The translations under genes and the position numbers were made by a program. Below the pieces are notes generated by a model. The model did no database searches and was not told where the DNA came from. It worked only from the letters and a program-made list of their open reading frames with translations. From positions 270,001 through 302,000 of the forward strand of contig NZ_CP059199.1 of assembly GCF_014251775.1 (NCBI RefSeq): a stretch of 32,000 bases of DNA. The letters run 5' to 3'. Below, in pieces: positions 20,090 to 28,225 of the stretch. The DNA comes from Candidatus Saccharimonadota bacterium. Lineage in GTDB: Bacteria; Bacteroidota; Bacteroidia; Flavobacteriales; Blattabacteriaceae. Position 1 is the stretch's first letter, and every line of letters begins with the position of its first letter.

Positions 20090-21769
20090 TTATATATTTT
20101 TTAATTTTTTTAGTTGTTTTTCTATACTTTCATTTTCTATCTTACTAAAGAGTAATTCTTTTTTTCCTAAAATATGTCCAGGATATATTATGTTTTCTGT
20201 ATTTTCAATTTGATTCCAAAAAAGTAATTTTAAACGAAGCATATTTAATAGTTTTTTGGATATAAAAGGAATAAAAAGTTCTGATATCTGAGCTAACATT
20301 GCAGTAATTTGCATGGATACATACAAAATAGTATTGATACGTTTTTTTTTATTTTCCTTCCATGGTTTTTCATCAGTTAAATATTTGTTACCCATTCTAG
20401 CTAAATCCATAAAACATTTTATGGAGTCTTTAAATCTAAAAGATTCTATAAATTTTCCTATTTTTTTTGGACAATCTCTAACTTTTTTTAGAATATTTTT
20501 ATCATTTTCATAAAAAAATTCGGGTTTAGGAACTATTTTATTATTATATTTTTTTACCATAGTCATGCATCTATTCACAAAATTTCCTAATATAGAAACT
20601 AACTCTGTATTATTTTTTATTTGAAAATTTTTCCAACTAAAATTAGTATCTTTTTTTTCTGGCATATTTCTTATCAAAACATAACGTAATGTATCTTGTT
20701 GATTTGGAAAATCTTTTAAATATTCATGGCCCCAAACAGCCCAATTTTTAGAAGTAGATATTTTTTTATTTTCTAAATTAAGAAATTCATTAGCTAATAC
20801 TTGATGGGGTAAAATATATCCTTTATTGTATGCTTTTAAAATAACTGGAAAAATTATAGAATGAAATATAATATTATCTTTTCCAATAAATTGAATCAAT
20901 TTAGTGTCATTGTCTTTCCAATAACTGCACCAATTAGTTTGATTCCGATTAGACCATTCTATAGTAGAAGAAATATAACCGATAGGAGCTTCAAACCAAA
21001 CATATAAAACTTTTCCTTTTCTATAAGGGACAGGAATTCCCCAATTTAAATCTCTAGTTATTGCTCTAGATTTTAGTCCTTGATCTAACCAAGATTTAGC
21101 TTGTCCATAAACATTTATTTTCCAATCTTTTTTATGATTAATTAAAATCCAATTTTTCAAAAAATCTTGATAATGATTTAAAGGAAAATACCAATGTTTT
21201 GTTTTTTTTAATATAGGAGTACTACCACTTATAGTAGATTTAGGATTAATCAAATCATTAGGTTCTAATGAAATTCCGCAATTTTCACATTGGTCTCCAT
21301 AAGCATCTTCTTTTTTACAATTAGGACAGGTTCCAGATATAAATCGATCTGCTAGAAATTGTTCATATTTATTATCGTAATATTGATCAGATATTTTTTC
21401 AAATATTTTTTTTTTTTTACGAAATTCTTTGAAAAAAGAAATAGAAGTTTGATAATGAATTTTTTTTGAAGTTCTTGAATAATTATCAAATATTATTCCA
21501 AAATTTTTAAAACAATCTCTAATCATAGAATGATACTTATTGATGATTTCTTTAGGAGTCTTTTTTTCTTTTTTAGCCTGTATTGAAATAGGGACTCCAT
21601 GTTCATCTGATCCAGATATAAAAATAACATCTTTTTGATTTCTCCTAAGAAAACGAACAAAAATATCCGCAGGTAAATAAACTCCAGCTAAATGACCAAT
21701 ATGAATGGGGCCATTTGCATATGGTAAAGCCGCTGTAACTATATATTTACTAATTTTTTTCATATACAA
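20090..21769 (-). CDS. metG: Methionyl-tRNA synthetase, short form without a C-terminal tRNA-binding/dimerisation domain
   Basis: 559 aa with HIGH motif (ANGPIHIGHL), zinc knuckle CPNC...CENC and a KMSKS-like KISTSKN. An alternative start lies two codons in, at 21763. Confidence 0.92.
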   Translation of the reverse strand: MYMKKISKYIVTAALPYANGPIHIGHLAGVYLPADIFVRFLRRNQKDVIFISGSDEHGVPISIQAKKEKKTPKEIINKYHSMIRDCFKNFGIIFDNYSRTSKKIHYQTSISFFKEFRKKKKIFEKISDQYYDNKYEQFLADRFISGTCPNCKKEDAYGDQCENCGISLEPNDLINPKSTISGSTPILKKTKHWYFPLNHYQDFLKNWILINHKKDWKINVYGQAKSWLDQGLKSRAITRDLNWGIPVPYRKGKVLYVWFEAPIGYISSTIEWSNRNQTNWCSYWKDNDTKLIQFIGKDNIIFHSIIFPVILKAYNKGYILPHQVLANEFLNLENKKISTSKNWAVWGHEYLKDFPNQQDTLRYVLIRNMPEKKDTNFSWKNFQIKNNTELVSILGNFVNRCMTMVKKYNNKIVPKPEFFYENDKNILKKVRDCPKKIGKFIESFRFKDSIKCFMDLARMGNKYLTDEKPWKENKKKRINTILYVSMQITAMLAQISELFIPFISKKLLNMLRLKLLFWNQIENTENIIYPGHILGKKELLFSKIENESIEKQLKKLKNI

Positions 21770-21818
21770 AAAAAATAATAATTTAAGGAATTATACATAT
21801 ATCAATTTAAATTATGTT

Positions 21819-22724
21819 ATGAAAAAAAAATTATTTTTAATAGATGCATTTTCTATTATTTATCAAAGTTATTATGCCTATAATAAAAATCCACTTTTGA
21901 CATCTTTTGGACTGAATACTTCACCTATTATAAAATTTATGTATTTATTGATGGATTTATTAATGGAAGAAAATTCCAATTATATGGCAGTTATTTTTGA
22001 TAGTAATCAAGAAAATTTTCGAAAAAAAAAATATGAAAAATATAAAGCAAATAGAAAAAAAACTCCAATAGCTATTCAAATAGCTATTCCTTATATTCTA
22101 AAAATTTTAAAAGCTTTTAAAATTTTATTTATTTATTCCAATCATGGATATGAAGCGGATGATATTATCGGAACTATTTCTCATAAAGCTGAAAATAAAG
22201 GATATATTGTTTATATTATTTCTTTAGATAAGGATTTCTTGCAATTAGTAACAAATAATATTAAAGTTTATTTTCCACCTTTTAAAGGAAATCCAAAAAA
22301 AATATTAGAAATAAACGATGTTAAAAATAAATTTGGAATTGATCATCCAAAACAGGTTATAGATTTATGGAGTATGATGGGAGATTATTCTGATAATATT
22401 CCTGGATTACCTGGAATAGGAGAAAAAAATGCAAAAAAATTTTTAAAAAAATTTGGAAGTATTGAAGAATTATTTAATTCCATTAACCAATTAGATAAAA
22501 AAATTGGAGAAAAAATTCGATCATATAAAAAAATGGGGTTATTATTTAAACAATTAATTACTATTCATACTAATATTCCATATTTTAACTTCAATGAAAA
22601 GGATTTTTATATAAAAAAACCAACATTATATTCTATACAAAAAATATTTGAAGAACTAGAATTCCGTAGATTATTAAAAAAAGTATATCAGTACTATAAA
22701 AAAAACAATAACTATTATTTATAG
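21819..22724 (+). CDS. polA: 5'-3' exonuclease (FEN-like N-terminal domain of DNA polymerase I), stand-alone with no polymerase domain
   Basis: Motifs LFLIDAFSIIYQSYYA, GYEADDIIGT, SLDKDFLQLV and the H3TH motif DNIPGLPGIGEKNAKKFLKKFGSIEEL. I placed the start at the ATG at 21819 (301 aa). The track ORF's extra 38 residues overlap the metG start on the opposite strand. Confidence 0.85.
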   Translation: MKKKLFLIDAFSIIYQSYYAYNKNPLLTSFGLNTSPIIKFMYLLMDLLMEENSNYMAVIFDSNQENFRKKKYEKYKANRKKTPIAIQIAIPYILKILKAFKILFIYSNHGYEADDIIGTISHKAENKGYIVYIISLDKDFLQLVTNNIKVYFPPFKGNPKKILEINDVKNKFGIDHPKQVIDLWSMMGDYSDNIPGLPGIGEKNAKKFLKKFGSIEELFNSINQLDKKIGEKIRSYKKMGLLFKQLITIHTNIPYFNFNEKDFYIKKPTLYSIQKIFEELEFRRLLKKVYQYYKKNNNYYL

Positions 22725-23287
22725 ATATTATGTTTATTAATATAATTCCATACTTCTGGATTAAGCATAGATTGAACGTTTTTTCCTAATTTTATTGAAC
22801 CACGAATAAAAGAAGAGGATATTTCAATAATAGGTGCGTTTTTTAAATAAGTTATTTTTTTATTTATTTTGAATACAGGAATAGAAAATTTTCCTATCCT
22901 AGGATAAACGAATATATCATATTCATTTAAAATAATCTTATAATTTTTCCATTTTTTGATAGAATCAATAACATCTTTTCCAAAAAGAAGAGAAAATTTA
23001 ATAGTAGGATATTTTTCTTTAATACGATTTAAAGTATGAATAGTATAAGAAGGATAAAATCCTGATTCAATATCTAATACATTCATCTTTCTAAAATTAG
23101 ATACAGCTATACGTACAAATTTTTCTCTAATTTCATAGTCCAGAAGACATTTCTTAAATGGATTTTGGGGTGAAACTACAAACCAAACATATTTTATATT
23201 TTCTAAAAATTCTACAATATAATTAGCAATAATAATATGACCCAAATGAATCGGGTTAAATGACCCAAAATAAAGTATTATTTTCAT
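22715..23287 (-). CDS. nadD: Nicotinate-nucleotide adenylyltransferase
   Basis: 190 aa with motifs GSFNPIHLGH and ISSSFIR. Its 3' end overlaps the convergent exonuclease gene by 10 nt. Confidence 0.88.
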   Translation of the reverse strand: MKIILYFGSFNPIHLGHIIIANYIVEFLENIKYVWFVVSPQNPFKKCLLDYEIREKFVRIAVSNFRKMNVLDIESGFYPSYTIHTLNRIKEKYPTIKFSLLFGKDVIDSIKKWKNYKIILNEYDIFVYPRIGKFSIPVFKINKKITYLKNAPIIEISSSFIRGSIKLGKNVQSMLNPEVWNYINKHNIYK

Positions 23288-23369
23288 AATAAATATAATA
23301 AAAAGTTATGTTTATGTTAATATATCTTTTATTGAGTAATAAATAATAATAGAATTAAATAAATGAATA

Positions 23370-25226
23370 ATGAAAAAATATAAATCATCTATAAAAAATA
23401 AAAGAGAAAATATAAAAAATATTATTATTAGTTTTTTTTTATTAGGGACAAGTATTTTTTTTAGTCTAAGTTTTTTATCATTTTTTTTTCATTGGGAAAA
23501 TGATCAAAGTCAAATAATAAATTTTTTGTCAAAAGAAACAATAACAGAAAATTTACTAGGAAAAATTGGAGCTATTATTTCTCATTATTTTATTTATTAT
23601 GGGATAGGAATTAGTGCTATATTTATACCAATTTTATTGTTTATAACTGGATTAATAATTTTAATTCAAAAAAAATTTATAATAAACAATTTTTACAAAT
23701 CCATTACATATAATTTTATATTTTTAAGCATTTGGATTCCTATAACTTCGTATTTTATTATTCCAAATGAAGGAGGTGTATTTTGCGGAGTTTTTGGATT
23801 TGAAATAGGTAATTTATTCGTTTATTTATTCGGAACAATAGGATCTTATATCATCCTTATAATAAGTATGATCGTTTATATCAACATTATCTATTCTAAC
23901 ATAGAAAAAAAAATAAGATATAGAAAAATATTGTTCCAAAATTTTTCATTTCTAAAAAATTTAAAAATGAAAAATTATAAAAAAAAAATAGTTTTCAATT
24001 ATAATGATGATTATCGTATAAGTTATCCAATAATAAAACATAAAAAAAATACAATAAAATTATTAGATATAGAAAAAAATGTAGAATTCAATAAAAAAAA
24101 AATAATTAAAATTCTTAACTATTATCAAATAAAAATATCTCAAATAAATGCTATAATAGGTCCTACAATTATTTTGTATGAAATATCTCCTCATATAGGA
24201 GTTCGTATATCTAAAATAAAAAATTTAGAAAGGGAAATTGCTTTGAATTTATCGGCTCAATCTATAAGAATTATAGCTCCGATACCTGGAAAAAGTACTA
24301 TAGGAATAGAAATTCCTAATAAAAAACGTCATATTGTACATATCAATGATATTCTTTTTTCAGAAGAAAATAAAAAAAAAAGTTGTAGTATGGAACTACC
24401 TATATCATTAGGAAAAACAATTTTTAATGAAAACTTTATAGTAGATTTAACAGAAATGCCTCATTTACTTATAGCAGGATCCACTGGACAGGGGAAATCT
24501 GTAGGATTAAATGCAATAATAATTTTTCTATTATATAATAAAAATCCAGAAGAAATAAAATTTATTTTGATTGATCCAAAAAAAGTTGAACTATCTATAT
24601 ACAAAAAAATATCAAAATATTATTTTGCAATGTTTCCAAACTATACAGGAAATAATGTAATATCAGATTTAGATGAAATAGAAAACATACTGGATTCCTT
24701 ATGTAAGGAAATGGAAAAAAGATATAACATTTTAGAACGATACAAAGTAAGAAATATAATAGAATATAATAAAAAAGAATGCAAAAATAAATCAAAATTA
24801 CCTTATATAATATTAATGATTGATGAATTCGCAGATATATTGTCATATAAATCTAAAAAAACAAAAATAATTGAAAAGTATCTAATCCGTTTAGCTCAAC
24901 TAGCTAGAGCCGTAGGGATACATTTAATTATCGCTACACAACGTCCATCAGTAGATGTTATTACTGGATTAATAAAATCTAATTTTACTGCAAGAATTGC
25001 ATTTAAAGTAGGATCTAAAATAGATTCTATAACTATACTAGACTGTACGGGGGCTGAAAAATTAGTAGGAAAAGGAGATTTATTATTTTCCAATAAAAAT
25101 GAAATAATCCGTTTACAATGTCCTTTTATAGATTCATCATACATTCAAAAAATTGTCAATTATTACAATAGATACTGTAATAAAAAAAAAGAATATTTTT
25201 TACCAAATCCTGGTAAAAATAAATAA
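23370..25226 (+). CDS. ftsK: DNA translocase FtsK/SpoIIIE: N-terminal membrane domain plus alpha/beta motor, with no recognisable gamma domain
   Basis: 618 aa with hydrophobic N-terminal segments, Walker A GSTGQGKS, Walker B ILMIDEFADI and motifs ATQRPSVDVITG and GKGDLLF. Confidence 0.88.
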   Translation: MKKYKSSIKNKRENIKNIIISFFLLGTSIFFSLSFLSFFFHWENDQSQIINFLSKETITENLLGKIGAIISHYFIYYGIGISAIFIPILLFITGLIILIQKKFIINNFYKSITYNFIFLSIWIPITSYFIIPNEGGVFCGVFGFEIGNLFVYLFGTIGSYIILIISMIVYINIIYSNIEKKIRYRKILFQNFSFLKNLKMKNYKKKIVFNYNDDYRISYPIIKHKKNTIKLLDIEKNVEFNKKKIIKILNYYQIKISQINAIIGPTIILYEISPHIGVRISKIKNLEREIALNLSAQSIRIIAPIPGKSTIGIEIPNKKRHIVHINDILFSEENKKKSCSMELPISLGKTIFNENFIVDLTEMPHLLIAGSTGQGKSVGLNAIIIFLLYNKNPEEIKFILIDPKKVELSIYKKISKYYFAMFPNYTGNNVISDLDEIENILDSLCKEMEKRYNILERYKVRNIIEYNKKECKNKSKLPYIILMIDEFADILSYKSKKTKIIEKYLIRLAQLARAVGIHLIIATQRPSVDVITGLIKSNFTARIAFKVGSKIDSITILDCTGAEKLVGKGDLLFSNKNEIIRLQCPFIDSSYIQKIVNYYNRYCNKKKEYFLPNPGKNK

Positions 25227-25245
25227 TAAAGTAGCGTAAGTTCAG

Positions 25246-25263
25246 TTATAAGTTAACTTATAA
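25246..25263. repeat. Perfect 18-bp palindrome in the ftsK-ribB spacer; function unknown
   Basis: ttataagttaacttataa is identical to its reverse complement; I checked all 9 pairs. It lies 20 nt after the ftsK stop and 22 nt before the ribB ATG. No U-tract follows. Confidence 0.5.
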
Positions 25264-25284
25264 AAAAGTAAAAAAATATTAAAT

Positions 25285-25938
25285 ATGATTATTTTTTATC
25301 CCCATAAAAACTTTAAAAGTTTATCTAATGTTGAAAAAGCAATCAACGATATAAAAAAAGGAAAAGTTATTATTGTAGTTGATGATAAAAATAGAGAAAA
25401 TGAAGGAGATTTTATAGTTGCAGCTGAAAAAATAACTCCCAGCATTGTTAATTTTTTTATCACTCATGGTCGTGGGTTAGTTTGTGTCTCTTTAACAGAG
25501 GAAAAATGTGATCAGCTAAAACTGAAAATGATGGTAAAAAATAATACAGACCCAAACAAAACCGCTTTTACAGTTTCTGTAGATTTACGTGGATATGGTG
25601 TCAGTACTGGAATTTCTGTTCATGATCGAGCAAAAACAATATTGGCACTGGTAAATGAAAAAAATCCTGATTTATTTAATAAACCAGGACATATTTTTCC
25701 ATTACGTGCAAAAAAAGGTGGTGTCTTAGAAAGACCTGGACATACAGAAGCTGCTATAGATTTAACTAAAATGGCTGGATGTAGTCCGGGTGGAGTTTTA
25801 GTTGAAATATTAAATACAGATGGATCTATGGCTAGATGGCCAAAACTTATAAAGTTAGCAAAAAAATTGAATATGAAAATTCTATCAATAGAAGATATCA
25901 TAAAATATAAAAAATATAGCGGTCTGGACGGGACTTGA
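25285..25938 (+). CDS. ribB: 3,4-dihydroxy-2-butanone 4-phosphate synthase (RibB domain only)
   Basis: 217 aa with motifs RENEGDFIVAAE, HGRGLVCVSL, PGHIFPLRAKKGGVLERPGHTEAAIDL and GGVLVEILNTDGSMAR. The last 19 nt, including the TGA stop, lie inside the antisense tRNA-Asp gene. Confidence 0.92.
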   Translation: MIIFYPHKNFKSLSNVEKAINDIKKGKVIIVVDDKNRENEGDFIVAAEKITPSIVNFFITHGRGLVCVSLTEEKCDQLKLKMMVKNNTDPNKTAFTVSVDLRGYGVSTGISVHDRAKTILALVNEKNPDLFNKPGHIFPLRAKKGGVLERPGHTEAAIDLTKMAGCSPGGVLVEILNTDGSMARWPKLIKLAKKLNMKILSIEDIIKYKKYSGLDGT

Positions 25939-25993
25939 ACCCGCGACCCCATGCGTGACAGGCATGTATTCTAACCAACTGAACTACCAGACC
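25920..25993 (-). tRNA. tRNA-Asp (anticodon GUC); CCA not encoded
   Basis: The reverse complement reads GGTCTGG TA GTTC AGTTGGTTA GAAT A CATGC CTGTCAC GCATG GGGTC GCGGG TTCAAGT CCCGT CCAGACC G. This is a perfect 7-bp acceptor stem with anticodon loop CTGTCAC, 74 nt, and closely resembles the E. coli tRNA-Asp layout. Confidence 0.92.
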
Positions 25994-26318
25994 CATCAAT
26001 CAAACCATCCAATTTATTTTGAATAGATTCTTTAGATGCTATTCCAATATGGATATCTTTTTTTATACCATTTTTAAAAAAAATAATAGTCGGAATACTT
26101 CTTATATTATACTTAGAAGAAGATTTAGGATTATTATCAACATTTAATTTAAAAAATAACGATTTTTTTTTATATTCTAAAAATATCTCTTCTAATAAAA
26201 TAGAAAGAGATCTACAAGGAGCACACCATGGGGCCCAAAAATCTACTAAAATAGGTTTATTGGACTTGGAATGTACTACCAATTTATCAAAATCAGTATC
26301 GTTAATTTCTTGTAACAT
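25971..26318 (-). CDS. trxA: Thioredoxin with the active site WCAPC
   Basis: 115 aa with thioredoxin-fold motifs LVDFWAPWCAPCR and IRSIPTIIFFKNG. The last 8 codons and the TAG stop (GSGSSVG*) are encoded by the 5' 23 nt of tRNA-Asp on the same strand. Confidence 0.9.
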   Translation of the reverse strand: MLQEINDTDFDKLVVHSKSNKPILVDFWAPWCAPCRSLSILLEEIFLEYKKKSLFFKLNVDNNPKSSSKYNIRSIPTIIFFKNGIKKDIHIGIASKESIQNKLDGLIDGSGSSVG

Positions 26319-26369
26319 ATTTTATATGAAAAAAACAATAAAACAAATTTACCTTTTTTTTCCGTAAAT

Positions 26370-27449
26370 TCAAAAGCTAAAATCTTTTAACAAACGAATA
26401 TAAATATCTATTCCTTCCATAATTTCCGTTATTAATATATATTCATTAGATGTATGAGAACGTAAACTATCTCCTACTCCCATTTTAATAGTAGAAAATG
26501 GCATAACACTTTGATCAGAAAGAGTGGGAGATCCATAGGTTTTTATCCCTATGGATTTAGCTTTTAATACAATAGGATGTTTTGGATTTATAAAAGAAGA
26601 GTTTAAATGATAAGAACGTGGATATATTCTGGAAAAAATTTTTTTTTGTATGATATCTATTAATTCTTTATTATTATATAAATCATTAGTTCTAATATCT
26701 ATAACAAAAGAACAAATATCAGGAATAACATTATGTTGAATACCTCCATGGATTTGAGTGATATTCAATGTTGTTTTACCTAAAAGTTTAGATGTTCTCT
26801 TAAAAGAAAAATTTTTCAAAAACTCTATATCTCTGGTAGCTATATAAATAGCATTTATTCCACTATTTCTAGCAGAATGGCTAGTTTTTCCTTCAGCAAT
26901 ACAATCTAAGACCATTAAACCTTTTTCTGCAATAGCTACTTGCATTTTTGTTGGTTCTCCTATAATTCCCAAATCTATTTTTCCCAATTCTGGAAGTATT
27001 GAAGATACCCCAGAAGATCCTGATATTTCTTCTTCTGCAGTAATGGAAAGTATTAATCTATATGGTAACTCTGATAATTTGCTTAAATATATAAAGGTAG
27101 ATATCATAGATACGACTGATCCACCAGCATCATTACTTCCTAAACCGATTAATTTATCACCTTTTTTTACAGATTTAAAAGGATTTGTAATCCAGTTTTT
27201 TCCTGGTTTTACGGTATCATGATGAGAATTTAATAATATAGTTCGCAACAATTTACTTTTGGAATAATTAATGTTTTCTGTCCAAATATTGTTGAATCTT
27301 CTATTAACACTAAACCCATACCTACTAAGATAATTTTCTATTAAAAAAGATACTTGATATTCTTGTTTAGAAAGAGAAGGAGTATTAATCATACTCATCA
27401 GTAATTGAATGGCTTCTTTCTTTAATAGATTCATATTAACTACAGACAT
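26370..27449 (-). CDS. argE: M20-family metallo-hydrolase of the ArgE/DapE type (acetylornithine deacetylase or acyl-citrulline deacylase)
   Basis: 359 aa with metal-ligand motifs NSHHDTV, GSNDAGG and TAEEEISGS. It sits in the arginine cluster. An alternative start at 27434 (MNLLKKE) would remove the 10-nt overlap with argB. Confidence 0.75.
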   Translation of the reverse strand: MSVVNMNLLKKEAIQLLMSMINTPSLSKQEYQVSFLIENYLSRYGFSVNRRFNNIWTENINYSKSKLLRTILLNSHHDTVKPGKNWITNPFKSVKKGDKLIGLGSNDAGGSVVSMISTFIYLSKLSELPYRLILSITAEEEISGSSGVSSILPELGKIDLGIIGEPTKMQVAIAEKGLMVLDCIAEGKTSHSARNSGINAIYIATRDIEFLKNFSFKRTSKLLGKTTLNITQIHGGIQHNVIPDICSFVIDIRTNDLYNNKELIDIIQKKIFSRIYPRSYHLNSSFINPKHPIVLKAKSIGIKTYGSPTLSDQSVMPFSTIKMGVGDSLRSHTSNEYILITEIMEGIDIYIRLLKDFSF

Positions 27450-28225
27450 AGTATAGTTTTTTTACTGGAATCCATTAAATAATTAGGTAATCCAATACTT
27501 ACTTTAGATACTCCATTTTTTAATGCAAAAAAAGCATTTTCCAATTTAGGGATCATACCACCAAAAACAAAATTATTTTGTATTATTTCTTGAAATAAAG
27601 AAAAATTTATTTTTCTAAAATAAGAATTAGAATCATCTATTTTTCGTAAAACTCCTATTTTATCAAAACAAAAATGTAATTCTATACTACATTTTTGTTT
27701 TGATAAAGAAACCGCAATATTAGAAGCAATAGTATCTGCATTTGTATTCAAAAGATTTCCCATACCATCATGAGTTATCGAACAAAATACAGGTGTTATA
27801 TTATTCCTTAATAATAATTTTATAAAATTGGTATTGATATCTTTACTTTCTTTGATATCTCCTACATATCCATAATTTATATCATTGACTTTTTCACGTA
27901 TATAAGATTTAATACAATTACCATCTGCACCACATAACCCAATTGCATTACAATGATAATATTGTAATAAAGAAACAATATTCTTATTAAGAACTCCTGC
28001 ATAAGTCATAACAACTATATCTAAAGTTGTTTTATCTGTTATCCTTCTACCTTGTATTATTTTTTTAGGAATATTCATTTGATCTAAAAAATAATCTGCT
28101 TTACTACCTCCTCCATGAACTAATATTTTAGATCCTTTTAGTTTACAAAAATAACTGATAGAAATATTCAGCAATTTTTTGTCATGAATTAACCTACCCC
28201 CCATTTTTACTACATGAATTTTCAT
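27440..28225 (-). CDS. argB: Acetylglutamate kinase
   Basis: 261 aa with amino-acid-kinase-fold motifs VVKMGG, LVHGGG and NTNADT. Its ATG overlaps the argF' stop by 4 nt (ATGA). Confidence 0.85.
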   Translation of the reverse strand: MKIHVVKMGGRLIHDKKLLNISISYFCKLKGSKILVHGGGSKADYFLDQMNIPKKIIQGRRITDKTTLDIVVMTYAGVLNKNIVSLLQYYHCNAIGLCGADGNCIKSYIREKVNDINYGYVGDIKESKDINTNFIKLLLRNNITPVFCSITHDGMGNLLNTNADTIASNIAVSLSKQKCSIELHFCFDKIGVLRKIDDSNSYFRKINFSLFQEIIQNNFVFGGMIPKLENAFFALKNGVSKVSIGLPNYLMDSSKKTILCL

